64,000 bases of DNA from the NCBI GenBank assembly GCA_031285625.1, contig JAITVV010000081.1, forward strand, positions 64,001 through 128,000. Direction: 5' to 3'. This DNA comes from Prevotella sp. GTDB lineage: Bacteria; Bacteroidota; Bacteroidia; Bacteroidales; Dysgonomonadaceae. This document shows, piece by piece, positions 20,226-29,550 of this stretch. Numbering within the stretch: the first letter of the stretch is position 1; each line of letters begins with the position of its first letter. The notes below the pieces were generated by a model that was not told the origin of the DNA, ran no database searches, and worked only from the letters and a program-made list of their open reading frames with translations. The position numbers and the translations under genes are program-made.

Positions 20226-21335
20226 TTATTCCAATGGTTTAAAGTAGCTAAGCTCACTATGAGGAAATAATTGAGGCTGAAATATTATAGCCATATCCCT
20301 CAGTATCGAATCAGGGTGTATAGGTATATCTTCGAAATAATGGATCCTACCTGTATTACAACCCCAGATATGTTTGTTCTTATATGCACCAAACTGCGAG
20401 TATATCTTACTTTCTTTCTCCAGAGTGGAATAAGTGAAATCATTATCCCGGTTATACTTCAATAGCCAGATATCTGCCGTACCTGCCTCATCAAGAACCA
20501 TTTCTCCGGCCAATCGCCTCGATCCGGTTGATGAGTCTTTCCATACATATTCTCCTCCGGCATCGCGTATGAGGTTTGCCAGATAGCTTTGTCCGCCTGC
20601 TATCCGCCATGTTTTCCCAAACTTGAGATCATTAAATACAGTCGGTTTCTTATCGGTATTCTTCACTTTTTCCTTGATTTCATTGTAACGGCGTTCCGTT
20701 TCGCTGAACAGAGAATCAGCCATTTGCTCTTTCCCATAAAACAAAGCGTGATAGCGTATCCATTCGGCACGTCCCAAGGCTGTATTTTCCATGTAATCTG
20801 TTGTAGCAATAACCGGAATTTTTAGCTTTTCGAGATAGCCCATTCCCGTTTCCATCGCTGAAACGACAAGTCCGGAAGGCATAAGTTGGATCAGACGTTC
20901 TACATCAGGTTTGTGCATACTGCCTAGGTCAAGGATTTCGCCTGATTTGAGTTTTTCCTGAATATAGGGTAAGTCGATATACTGTGCCTGACAGACTCCT
21001 TTTATCTTGTGCTGCTCATTTATTTCCTGAAGCATACTACACTGGATAGTAGAAAAAGCAATTACCGATTCTAACGGAACTTTTACAATAGTACCTTTTG
21101 GTAAATCTGAAGGAATTTCTTTATCCTTATCAACCAATATGTATTGAAAGAGTGTACGAGTGGTATCCCACGGATCACGTACAGTTACCAGCCTGTAATC
21201 GTCATATCCTTTTACACTGAAGCCTTTTGCATATCTCAATTCATATCCATCAATATCTTCAATGCTCTTTTTTTGTGTTTGGGAGCAGGATAATGACAGG
21301 ATGAAAACAAGGATCAGCAATATCCTCTTTGTCAT
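20226..21335 (-). CDS. BtuF-like ABC transporter substrate-binding lipoprotein (start revised from 21428)
   Basis: MTKRILLILVFILSLSC lipobox; YAKGF, DYMENTALGRAEW and HPDSILRD motifs. Confidence 0.85.
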   Translation of the reverse strand: MTKRILLILVFILSLSCSQTQKKSIEDIDGYELRYAKGFSVKGYDDYRLVTVRDPWDTTRTLFQYILVDKDKEIPSDLPKGTIVKVPLESVIAFSTIQCSMLQEINEQHKIKGVCQAQYIDLPYIQEKLKSGEILDLGSMHKPDVERLIQLMPSGLVVSAMETGMGYLEKLKIPVIATTDYMENTALGRAEWIRYHALFYGKEQMADSLFSETERRYNEIKEKVKNTDKKPTVFNDLKFGKTWRIAGGQSYLANLIRDAGGEYVWKDSSTGSRRLAGEMVLDEAGTADIWLLKYNRDNDFTYSTLEKESKIYSQFGAYKNKHIWGCNTGRIHYFEDIPIHPDSILRDMAIIFQPQLFPHSELSYFKPLE

Positions 21336-21405
21336 GCTGACGATAGGAAGCATCTCTTGTAACTTTTGGGAGTCGGGATCCTTCCCTTTGGTAACAAGAG
21401 AAAAG
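21328..21405. repeat. REPIN-like palindromic element, intact left arm 21328-21354, degenerate right arm
   Basis: TTTGTCATGCTGACGATAGGAAGCATC...GTCGGGATCCTTCCCTTTGGTAACAAGAGAAAA. Confidence 0.65.
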
Positions 21406-21424
21406 GATTTTATAAAGTTGACGC

Positions 21425-23620
21425 TCATTTACTAAATTTTACTTTCAGACTCACATAATAAGTACGTCCGGGAGAGAGCGTCGCATAGTTTTGATTGAAA
21501 GGCTTGTCATCAACAAAGTCGAAGATGTTTTCGATACCAAATCCGGGCTCAAATACAATTCCGTTATAATCTTTGAATGTATGACGTGTGGCAAAGTTCC
21601 ATAACTGATATGCACGGGCATCGTCACCATTGTCATAGTATCTGCGACTTTGCAGACGTCCGTTTATATTGAAGTTAGATCTTAATATACCCCAGTCTTT
21701 ATACCAGTTTGCGTTTACATTTCCTGTATGCCTGCTTATCCTCTGCAGACGTTTGCCTGTATCGAGATCTTTAGCGTTTACATAACTATATCCACCACCC
21801 AATGTGATGTTATATCCGAGGTATGAACTAAAAGTAAAGTCAACCCCCTGAATCCGTGCCTTTCCAATATTCTCATATGATGATTTCTTATCATATCCTT
21901 CAGCTATTTCTTCAGGAGTCATATCCATTTCAATTATCTCAATCTTATTTTTTAGATCATTGATGTAGCCGTTTACAGACATTGTAAGAAAACTACTCAT
22001 ATATTCTGCATTCAGGGAATAATAATTGGAACTTTCAGGTTTCAGGTTTTTATTACCCACACTCAGAGTCGTCTTTCCTCTGCTGGTAACCTCTGTCTTC
22101 ATGAATAATTGCTTGAGATCAGGAGTCTTAAATCCGGAAGCGTACGATGCCCTGAAATTAAAGTTACTCAGTGAATACATTGCACTCAGCTTGGGGGTCA
22201 CCCTGTTCTTGAATGTTTCGTTGTAGATATAGCGTATACCGGGAACAATATTCAGTTTATCAAAAAGCTTGATCTCATCCTGAGCATACACTGCCATAGT
22301 ATAGACATCCTTTGATCCTCCTATACTGTCTGATGGAGCATAAAGATTATCAACCTTGTATTCCGTTCCGACAGTCACTTTATTGTATTTTCCTGCATAG
22401 AAAGAACCTTTAAGGTTGATATTGGTATATTTTTGCCTTCTTACAAATTCTTCCTGTCCAACGGCAAATACGGTACCGTTCTTATCTTTTGTTTCTTTCA
22501 GGTAATCTTTATAATACTCGAATTTATCAGTATTCCAATCCAAGGATATTACACCATTATTTTTCAATAGATACTTCGCTCCTGCTCCAAATGAATAGTC
22601 TTCATATCTCATATCAAAGCCATAAGCACTTACAGGGCGTTTAAACTTTTTATCGAAAATACTTCCTTCAACATATATGCTGAAATCCTTTGTTGGAGCA
22701 TATCCGAATCTTTGACTAAGTACATCGGAATAGAATCGTAGCATAGCTTGTTTGTCTGTATCTACCAATTCATCATTAAGCATTTCTTTTGTATTCAGCT
22801 GCCAGCCATCAGCCTGATTCCGTTGAAAAGATGTAGAGGAAGAAAAACCATCTGCATTCAGGTATAAGTTAACATTCTGTGTTAACTGTCCATATTTTGA
22901 GAGACGGGTTTCTGCCGAAAAGTTTATCAGGTCTTTAGGTTTATTTGTTATTATATTAATAACTCCTGCCATGGCATCAGAACCATAAAGAGAAGATGCC
23001 GCACCTTTCAGGACTTCTATTCTCTTCACATTACTCATGTCTATCCTGTTAAGATCTGTATTGCCACCTACATCCCCTCCCATTTTTTTACCGTCAACCA
23101 GCACTAATATATATCTGTTGCTTAAGCCATTGAGTTGCATATAAGACCCCATGGCATTAGGTGTGAAAGACAACGAGGGATTAAGGGCGGTCATGGCATT
23201 CTCGAAAGTCGGGATACTTACATTTTCCAGTTCTCTTTTAGAGATTACATCTATCACTACAGGAGAATTCTTGAGTTTGTTGAGGGTTCCTGTTCCTGTT
23301 ACCACCACTTCATTTAGTTTGAGGGGTGAGCGTTCCATCTTCACAAGAACATTTTCGTTAGAGTCACTTACAGGCATCCGTCCTCCGGTATAGTCCAGAG
23401 CACTCACTCTCAGGAGTTGGTCTCCTTCGGGTACTTTTTCCAGATAGAATTCACCTCTTGAGTCGGTAGAAGTTCCGATGGTTGTGTATTCGATCCATAC
23501 ACTGGCTCCTGAAATAGGTTTCTGATTCTCATCAACAACTTTTCCTTTCAGTGTTAGTTGGGCAAACACCAAATTTACAGCACAGCATAATAATGCTGTC
23601 AGCAATACTTTCTTTTTCAT
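21425..23620 (-). CDS. TonB-dependent receptor, BtuB-like corrinoid transporter
   Basis: Carboxypeptidase-regulatory-like domain, VVVTGT, IEVLKGAASSLYGSDAMAGVINIIT; first gene downstream of the cobalamin riboswitch. Confidence 0.88.
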   Translation of the reverse strand: MKKKVLLTALLCCAVNLVFAQLTLKGKVVDENQKPISGASVWIEYTTIGTSTDSRGEFYLEKVPEGDQLLRVSALDYTGGRMPVSDSNENVLVKMERSPLKLNEVVVTGTGTLNKLKNSPVVIDVISKRELENVSIPTFENAMTALNPSLSFTPNAMGSYMQLNGLSNRYILVLVDGKKMGGDVGGNTDLNRIDMSNVKRIEVLKGAASSLYGSDAMAGVINIITNKPKDLINFSAETRLSKYGQLTQNVNLYLNADGFSSSTSFQRNQADGWQLNTKEMLNDELVDTDKQAMLRFYSDVLSQRFGYAPTKDFSIYVEGSIFDKKFKRPVSAYGFDMRYEDYSFGAGAKYLLKNNGVISLDWNTDKFEYYKDYLKETKDKNGTVFAVGQEEFVRRQKYTNINLKGSFYAGKYNKVTVGTEYKVDNLYAPSDSIGGSKDVYTMAVYAQDEIKLFDKLNIVPGIRYIYNETFKNRVTPKLSAMYSLSNFNFRASYASGFKTPDLKQLFMKTEVTSRGKTTLSVGNKNLKPESSNYYSLNAEYMSSFLTMSVNGYINDLKNKIEIIEMDMTPEEIAEGYDKKSSYENIGKARIQGVDFTFSSYLGYNITLGGGYSYVNAKDLDTGKRLQRISRHTGNVNANWYKDWGILRSNFNINGRLQSRRYYDNGDDARAYQLWNFATRHTFKDYNGIVFEPGFGIENIFDFVDDKPFNQNYATLSPGRTYYVSLKVKFSK

Positions 23621-23685
23621 TAAGATTATGAAGTATAATGTTAGTCACTATATTCTTGGCCCCGAGAATATTATTTACTTGTTTG

Positions 23686-23862
23686 CCTGGCAGGTTTCCT
23701 GACTTACTCTATTTTGAACGCCTTCCCATTCTTATGAACAGTGGCAAAGTGATGTTCAAAACTTTTTAAAAGAGGTCACAGTAGCGGGCACTGTTCCGGA
23801 TTCTAACCGGATTCCCTTTTTATGTAAATAGACGGATGCCTATATACATCACCTAAGCGGTG
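23686..23862 (-). ncRNA. Cobalamin (AdoCbl) riboswitch
   Basis: Minus strand reads AGGGAATCCGGTTAGAATCCGGAACAGTGCCCGCTACTGTG...GCCACTG...GGGAAGGC...AGTCAGGAAACCTGCC (B12 box); lies upstream of the btuB-like gene. Ends are approximate. Confidence 0.95.
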
Positions 23863-23967
23863 GCAAAGTTAAATTTAAAAAATATTAGAAAAAAGGATTT
23901 TGAAGAATAATTTTTTTGAAAGATAAGTTTGTCTTATATATAGAGGTCTTTGAAATAATTGGGAGAA

Positions 23968-24018
23968 GAAAGTTACAACTAAAAATAGGTGGAAAAAGTG
24001 TTACTTTTGTCACCTTTT
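23968..24018. repeat. Dispersed DR-DR-spacer-IR element, copy 2 (reverse orientation)
   Basis: Reverse complement reads AAAAGGTGACAAAAGTAACA-N21-TGTAACTTTC. Confidence 0.75.
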
Positions 24019-24157
24019 ATATTAAACTCATCTATAAGTATCTGATAACATATTATTTAGATATAAATGCTAAAATAGTTGACTTTGTATATTTTGTTAC
24101 TTTTATTACTTAGAGATAAAAGCTTTTCATATTTTTGCAGGAACAAACGAAATCATT

Positions 24158-25453
24158 ATGCCAGATATTTCAAGTTTTCTTATTTCTGCAACTGCATCGG
24201 GATCCGGTAAAACCACCATTACATTAGGCCTGTTAAGAGCATTGAAAAACAGAGGACTGAACACCCAGCCTTTCAAATGTGGCCCCGACTATATCGATAC
24301 TAAATATCATGATCTGGCTTCCGGTAGTAAGTCAGTTAACCTTGACTTGTTTTTATCATCAGAGCAGCATGTAGAGGCAATATACAGAAAATATGCATCC
24401 AGATCAGACGTCAGCATCACTGAAGGTGTAATGGGATTATTTGATGGCTATGATAAGATGAAAGGAAGCAGCGCCGAGATTGCAGAATTATTAAACATTC
24501 CTGTTATTTTGATAATCAATGCAAAGTCAATGGCTTATTCTGCTGCTGCTATGCTTTATGGCTTCAAGAACTTTTATAAAAATATCAATCTGGTCGGAGT
24601 TATATTCAATTTTGTAGGTTCTGAAAGTCATTACGGATTTTTGAAAGAGGCCTGTCAGGCTGTCGGACTGGAAGCATTGGGGTATTTGCCGAAGAATGTG
24701 TCTGTCGAGATCCCATCAAGGCATTTAGGGTTAAGCCTTGATAAAGAATACCGTTTTGATGATTTTGCTGAGAATTTAGCTGCTCTGGTAGAGAAATATA
24801 TTGATATAGACAAATTATTAGCTCTGACCGTTAGTAAGGTTGAGCTTCCTGTTAATAAGCCTGTTATGTCTAATAAAAATCTGCGAATTGCCGTTGCTGC
24901 TGATGAGGCTTTCAATTTTATGTATCAGGAGAATCTGGAGCACTTTAATAAGATTGGGGATGTTTCCTATTTTAGTCCTCTCACTGATAAGGAGTTGCCC
25001 GATGCCGACTTAGTCTATTTGCCGGGAGGATATCCTGAATTGTATTTGAAGCAGTTGAGTGATAATCATTTGATGAAAAACAGTATCCAAAATTATATCG
25101 AAAATGGAGGATATCTGCTTGCCGAATGCGGTGGAATGATGTATTTATCTACCTCGATTTCGGATAAAGAAGGGAATGCCTATTCAATGGTGGGTATTTT
25201 CGATCAGAAAGCAACTATGGAAAATATGAAACTCAAGCTGGGATACAGGCAATTTGAATATAATAGCATAAGAATGAAAGGGCATGAGTTTCACTATTCT
25301 TCTATAGAGAGCAACGAAAGCAGTATTACTCAGCAGTTGAATGCAAAAGGGACTCCTGTAGATACCAAGCTAATGCGATATAAAAATACTATTGCAGGGT
25401 ATACTCATTTATATTGGGCTGAAATGGATAATATCACGGAGTTATTCAGATAG
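24158..25453 (+). CDS. cobB: Cobyrinate a,c-diamide synthase
   Basis: SGSGKTT, FKCGPDYID, EGVMGLFDG, SRHLGL, GGYPEL, AECGGMMYL and GHEFHYS motifs. Confidence 0.95.
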   Translation: MPDISSFLISATASGSGKTTITLGLLRALKNRGLNTQPFKCGPDYIDTKYHDLASGSKSVNLDLFLSSEQHVEAIYRKYASRSDVSITEGVMGLFDGYDKMKGSSAEIAELLNIPVILIINAKSMAYSAAAMLYGFKNFYKNINLVGVIFNFVGSESHYGFLKEACQAVGLEALGYLPKNVSVEIPSRHLGLSLDKEYRFDDFAENLAALVEKYIDIDKLLALTVSKVELPVNKPVMSNKNLRIAVAADEAFNFMYQENLEHFNKIGDVSYFSPLTDKELPDADLVYLPGGYPELYLKQLSDNHLMKNSIQNYIENGGYLLAECGGMMYLSTSISDKEGNAYSMVGIFDQKATMENMKLKLGYRQFEYNSIRMKGHEFHYSSIESNESSITQQLNAKGTPVDTKLMRYKNTIAGYTHLYWAEMDNITELFR

Positions 25454-25470
25454 GATCCTATCAAAAATCT

Positions 25471-26406
25471 TTATTTGCCATAAATCGCCCCCTGATAAGT
25501 TTCTCTTTCTGCAAAGCGTTTCAAAACTTTTGCGGTGAATTCGAAGTTTTTCAATCCCCAATCAGGTGCTATTAGGAGTTGCTTGGGAGACTGAGATATA
25601 AAACGTTCTATAATAAAGTCGGGATTCAATCTTTCTGCAAAATCAATACACAGATCAATATAATCATCTACTTTAAATAGATTGAACCACTCAGGATGCT
25701 CACGGTATTGTTTTGCCATAACTGTCCCCTTTATCAGTTGCAACTGATGCATTTTCAATGTTGTCAATGGCAACTTTGCCACAATATTGGCATGGGCCAG
25801 TATCTGCTCACGGCTTTCATGTGGTAACCCCAAAATAAGGTGTGCGCCGGTATATATCCCTTTATCGGCAGTTTTAAGAATAGCCTCCTCACTTTCCTGA
25901 TGTGTATGCCCCCGGTTGATAAACTTTAATGTGGAATCCAGCGTTGATTCCAGTCCATATTCGATAATCAGAAAAGTCTTTTTATTTAGTTCAGCAAAAT
26001 AATCCAATAGTTCATCTGGCATACAATCGGGTCTTGTACCAATAATCAGGCCAACCACATTAGGGTACGATAAGGCTTCTTCATATAATCCAATAAGCTT
26101 ATCTATGCTATCATATGTATTGGTATATGACTGAAAATAAGCCAGATATTTCATATCGGGATATTTGTAAGAAAAGAAATCAATCCCGTCTTTTAACTGA
26201 TCGCTCACGGTTCGCTGCCTGCCTCCATATCCTGGACTGAAACTTTGATTATTACAATATGTACAGCCTCCTACGGCTTTCGATCCATCCCTGTTGGGAC
26301 AGGTAAAGCCTGCATTAATCGATATTTTCTGGACTTTATATGGGAAGTGTTTTGAAAGTAGCTCTCCAAATTCTTTATAGAATTTATTTTCCATTATTTT
26401 ATTCAA
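25471..26406 (-). CDS. TIGR01212 family radical SAM protein (YhcC-like)
   Basis: GFTCPNRDG..GGCTYC, YFQSYTNTY and GTRPDC motifs. Confidence 0.92.
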   Translation of the reverse strand: MNKIMENKFYKEFGELLSKHFPYKVQKISINAGFTCPNRDGSKAVGGCTYCNNQSFSPGYGGRQRTVSDQLKDGIDFFSYKYPDMKYLAYFQSYTNTYDSIDKLIGLYEEALSYPNVVGLIIGTRPDCMPDELLDYFAELNKKTFLIIEYGLESTLDSTLKFINRGHTHQESEEAILKTADKGIYTGAHLILGLPHESREQILAHANIVAKLPLTTLKMHQLQLIKGTVMAKQYREHPEWFNLFKVDDYIDLCIDFAERLNPDFIIERFISQSPKQLLIAPDWGLKNFEFTAKVLKRFAERETYQGAIYGK

Positions 26407-26570
26407 TTTGTATGCAAAGGTAATAATATGTAGAATGAATTTATTTCATGATTTGTATTTTAACTCAAAACAATAAAGCCGAGGCTTACTAAAGAAAAAT
26501 CATTCATATACCTTTACTTCTGGGATATTCTTTATATTTGTTTCTAATTGTATTAAATTAACAATAGGCT

Positions 26571-27947
26571 ATGTTTCAATTTTTTAAAAGACTTTTTGGT
26601 ATAGAGGATAATCCTACCCCTCAAAAACAATTTATACAGACCACAACAGAGAAATCAATAAATGAATCTGCATCTGTTACTTTCCTTGATTTGATCAGTG
26701 AATGTTGCATTTCCGATGGGGAAAGCTATACTTTAAAACCCAAAGCAGATTGGAATCTTAGAGGTAAGCTTGACAGGGAATATGCATTTCTATTTAGGAA
26801 TCTAAAAGAGAACATTCACAAGCTGGATGATAAGGAAATAGAACAGGTTTATTATCTATGCCTGGTGGCAGGAAAGGTTTTGTATGACATTGAGCCTACA
26901 TACTATTTAATGGTAAAAGCATATAAAAAGTTTCTGAAGGACAAACATAACGGTTTCCTTAGTGGAGGGAATGGGTTATTTTTATTCGGATTTGACAATA
27001 AATTCAAAATAAATCCAGATCAGAAGTATGATGAATATAGACAATATTGTTTTTTCCTAATAGCAAATCCTGACTGCCATTTCGAAGTGGTTAGCTATCG
27101 TAGCTGGATGTGGAGATTGAGATATAAGCAGCCTTTTATTGCAAATGAAATCTGTTTACCCCGCATTTCCCAGATATTGAGAACTACGATTAGATCTGTA
27201 AAACAACAGGAAAAATATATGATGTGGCAGGCCTATTTTGTTTTGTTACTTAATCCTTCTCCGATATCTCAGGATACAATTGAATTCGTAGAATCTATAA
27301 AGACCAAATCGAAACAGTTTAAGAAGCAGCTTGAACGTATTGATGCTATAGCTAAAGATTACCAAGAAAATAATGACAGGCATTATTGGTATAAAATAAC
27401 GCTTGACGACCATTTGTTACAAAAACAAATAAAACTGGAACTTCAGGGTCAGAAAATCCCTGAACTTATTAAACCATTAGGATTAATACCTACTTCATTT
27501 AACTGGCGATTCTCGGTAGAATTTTCAACTGGCGATTTTTCAAAATGTAAAGAAAACCATAGACCAGCACCCGGCTTGACAAATAAAGACGCTATTCTGG
27601 GACTTCACATTTCAGCTGGAAATAAATGGGTTGTCGATTTGCAATGGTATCTGCCATCCGAAAAGGCTCATTATATCCGGGAGGCATCGCACGACCGCCC
27701 ACGCATTATGTGGCGTAATATGTACCAACATCCGATAAGTTACCAGCCTTCATTGAAAGAAAAAATTCCAGATTTTCAGGATATGCATAATTTCCCTGAA
27801 TTAGTAAATCAATTGCAGGAGATATTTAGTCTGGACTTTAAGAAACAGGCTGTTATTACGGTTAAAGGATTGAAAGTAGAAGATAAAATACCAATTGAAA
27901 AATGGCTGTCTCTTTGTGTTAACAGTGTCGTTTTTGAGAATGCATAG
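26571..27947 (+). CDS. Hypothetical protein
   Basis: 458-aa ORF with upstream TATATTTG -7-like box and downstream terminator; no recognised motif. Confidence 0.75.
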   Translation: MFQFFKRLFGIEDNPTPQKQFIQTTTEKSINESASVTFLDLISECCISDGESYTLKPKADWNLRGKLDREYAFLFRNLKENIHKLDDKEIEQVYYLCLVAGKVLYDIEPTYYLMVKAYKKFLKDKHNGFLSGGNGLFLFGFDNKFKINPDQKYDEYRQYCFFLIANPDCHFEVVSYRSWMWRLRYKQPFIANEICLPRISQILRTTIRSVKQQEKYMMWQAYFVLLLNPSPISQDTIEFVESIKTKSKQFKKQLERIDAIAKDYQENNDRHYWYKITLDDHLLQKQIKLELQGQKIPELIKPLGLIPTSFNWRFSVEFSTGDFSKCKENHRPAPGLTNKDAILGLHISAGNKWVVDLQWYLPSEKAHYIREASHDRPRIMWRNMYQHPISYQPSLKEKIPDFQDMHNFPELVNQLQEIFSLDFKKQAVITVKGLKVEDKIPIEKWLSLCVNSVVFENA

Positions 27948-27950
27948 GAT

Positions 27951-27979
27951 AAAAAAGCCCGATAAAATCAGGCTTTTTT
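27951..27979. terminator. Bidirectional intrinsic terminator
   Basis: AAAAAAGCCCGAT-AAA-ATCAGGCTTTTTT between convergent genes. Confidence 0.7.
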
Positions 27980-27991
27980 ATTTATATATTT

Positions 27992-28646
27992 CTAAAATTT
28001 ATATCCTAAGGATATAGATACATTCATATTTTTTACTGAGACGTCACTTCCATCAAATTGTCCCCATTCATCCATATCAAATATACCAAAGTCAGAGATA
28101 TTCACCAAACCGAAATCACAATTTACTCCTGCATTTATCTTTCCGAATTCGGCGCCAACACCAAAGCCTAATCCAAAATCAAATCTTTTCATTTTGATTC
28201 CTCCAGCTTCAGCATCATCACTAAATGCTCCTACACTGACCTCTGAGCCACCTTCTTTCACCTTCCACTTACCATCTACTGCGTAAGCAAGGTAAGGACC
28301 TGCATGAAATAGTATTCTTGTATCATTACTTACGGTTATTTTATATCCTGCATATAGGTAGTTGCAGATATGATAAGTTCAATTTTAAATTTGTATTGTC
28401 ATCTACTTTTGAGCCCTTTGTTGTAAACTCTAAACCGGTAAGTAAATAAAAATCAGGCGTCAAAGCATAATCAGCTGTTACTCCAACATTAAAACCTACT
28501 TTTAGTTTTGAATCCTCAAAATCACCACTAACATTAGACATATTCATTCCAGCCTTTACCCCAAAAGTCAAAGGTTTATTCTGTGCACTAGCTACTACTC
28601 CAATTAATAATGCAACTGTAATCAAACTTGCCTTAATAGCTTTCAT
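27992..28646 (-). pseudogene. Porin family (outer-membrane beta-barrel) gene, frameshifted near 28352
   Basis: N-part FGVKAGMNMSN...YLQLPI continues in another frame as AGYKITVSNDTRILFHAGPYLAYAVDGK...ISLGYKF. Confidence 0.85.
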
Positions 28647-28732
28647 ATAATCTTTTTTAGTTAATTAGTTAAGTTATTTAAATCTAAACCCTGTAAAGAT
28701 ATTCTTTTTTTAAATAGCATGCTGCCTATATA

Positions 28733-28770
28733 TAGATAAAAGCCTCATAAAAATATGAGGCTTTTATCTA
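28733..28770. terminator. Intrinsic terminator hairpin
   Basis: TAGATAAAAGCCTCATA-AAAA-TATGAGGCTTTTATCTA. Confidence 0.8.
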
Positions 28771-28789
28771 TCTTTTTAATTCTAAGATT

Positions 28790-29422
28790 TTAGAATAAAA
28801 ATTTAACACCTACCTGTAGTTCACCCACAGTACGGTCACCTATTGATTTAAAAGGATTAGCATTAAACTCGAAAGAGGTACTGCCATCGCCTCCTTTAGG
28901 TTTTGAACGAGAGTAACCTGTATTCAAAATTGTGAATGAAGTTTCAATTGTTAACCAGCTGTTTATAACATAATCAAATCCTGGAGACAATTCTAAACCA
29001 ATATTAGTAGTATTAGTTTTACCAGAATCCTTAGCTCCTTCAGAATTACCAATAATCACAGGTAAAGCTGCCTGTCCAAAGAAGAAAAGTCCACCAGAAA
29101 TATTCCAGTATTTTCTAACTAATGGTTTTACAACAAAATTATTGGTTTTCAAGTATTGTTCTCCTTCAATTTTGGAATTACCACCCATATATCCTAGACC
29201 AATACCTAAAGCTACATCAGGTGAGACGAAGGTACCAATAATAGGTAACACAGTTGTATTTGTGATTTTTTGTTCACCAGTAACATCTCCCACTTTAACT
29301 CCTTTATTTTTCGCACTGCCAAAAGATAATTGACCACCAGCAAACCATGTACCTTTGAGACCTTGTGCACTAACACACATACTGATGACAGCCAAAACTG
29401 CCACTAAGAATAATTTTTTCAT
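28790..29422 (-). CDS. Outer-membrane beta-barrel protein
   Basis: Signal peptide, alternating beta-strands, C-terminal GVKFLF. Confidence 0.85.
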   Translation of the reverse strand: MKKLFLVAVLAVISMCVSAQGLKGTWFAGGQLSFGSAKNKGVKVGDVTGEQKITNTTVLPIIGTFVSPDVALGIGLGYMGGNSKIEGEQYLKTNNFVVKPLVRKYWNISGGLFFFGQAALPVIIGNSEGAKDSGKTNTTNIGLELSPGFDYVINSWLTIETSFTILNTGYSRSKPKGGDGSTSFEFNANPFKSIGDRTVGELQVGVKFLF

Positions 29423-29550
29423 AGCTTTTAAATTTAAAAAGTGACTAAATAACTTAACTCTATTTCCAGTTTTCTCTATTATTGTAGCCGTAAATATAGC
29501 TAAATTTTTATAAATTTCACATTTTAAACTTAAAAAATAGTTTTTTTATG

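Noticed and set aside
21336-21428. N-terminal 31-aa extension of the btuF-like ORF
   Set aside because: It translates the repeat element and would bury the lipoprotein signal
23916-24113. 65-aa ORF containing VTFVTF (also seen in ORF 10087-10272)
   Set aside because: The shared peptide is simply the translation of the dispersed DNA repeat
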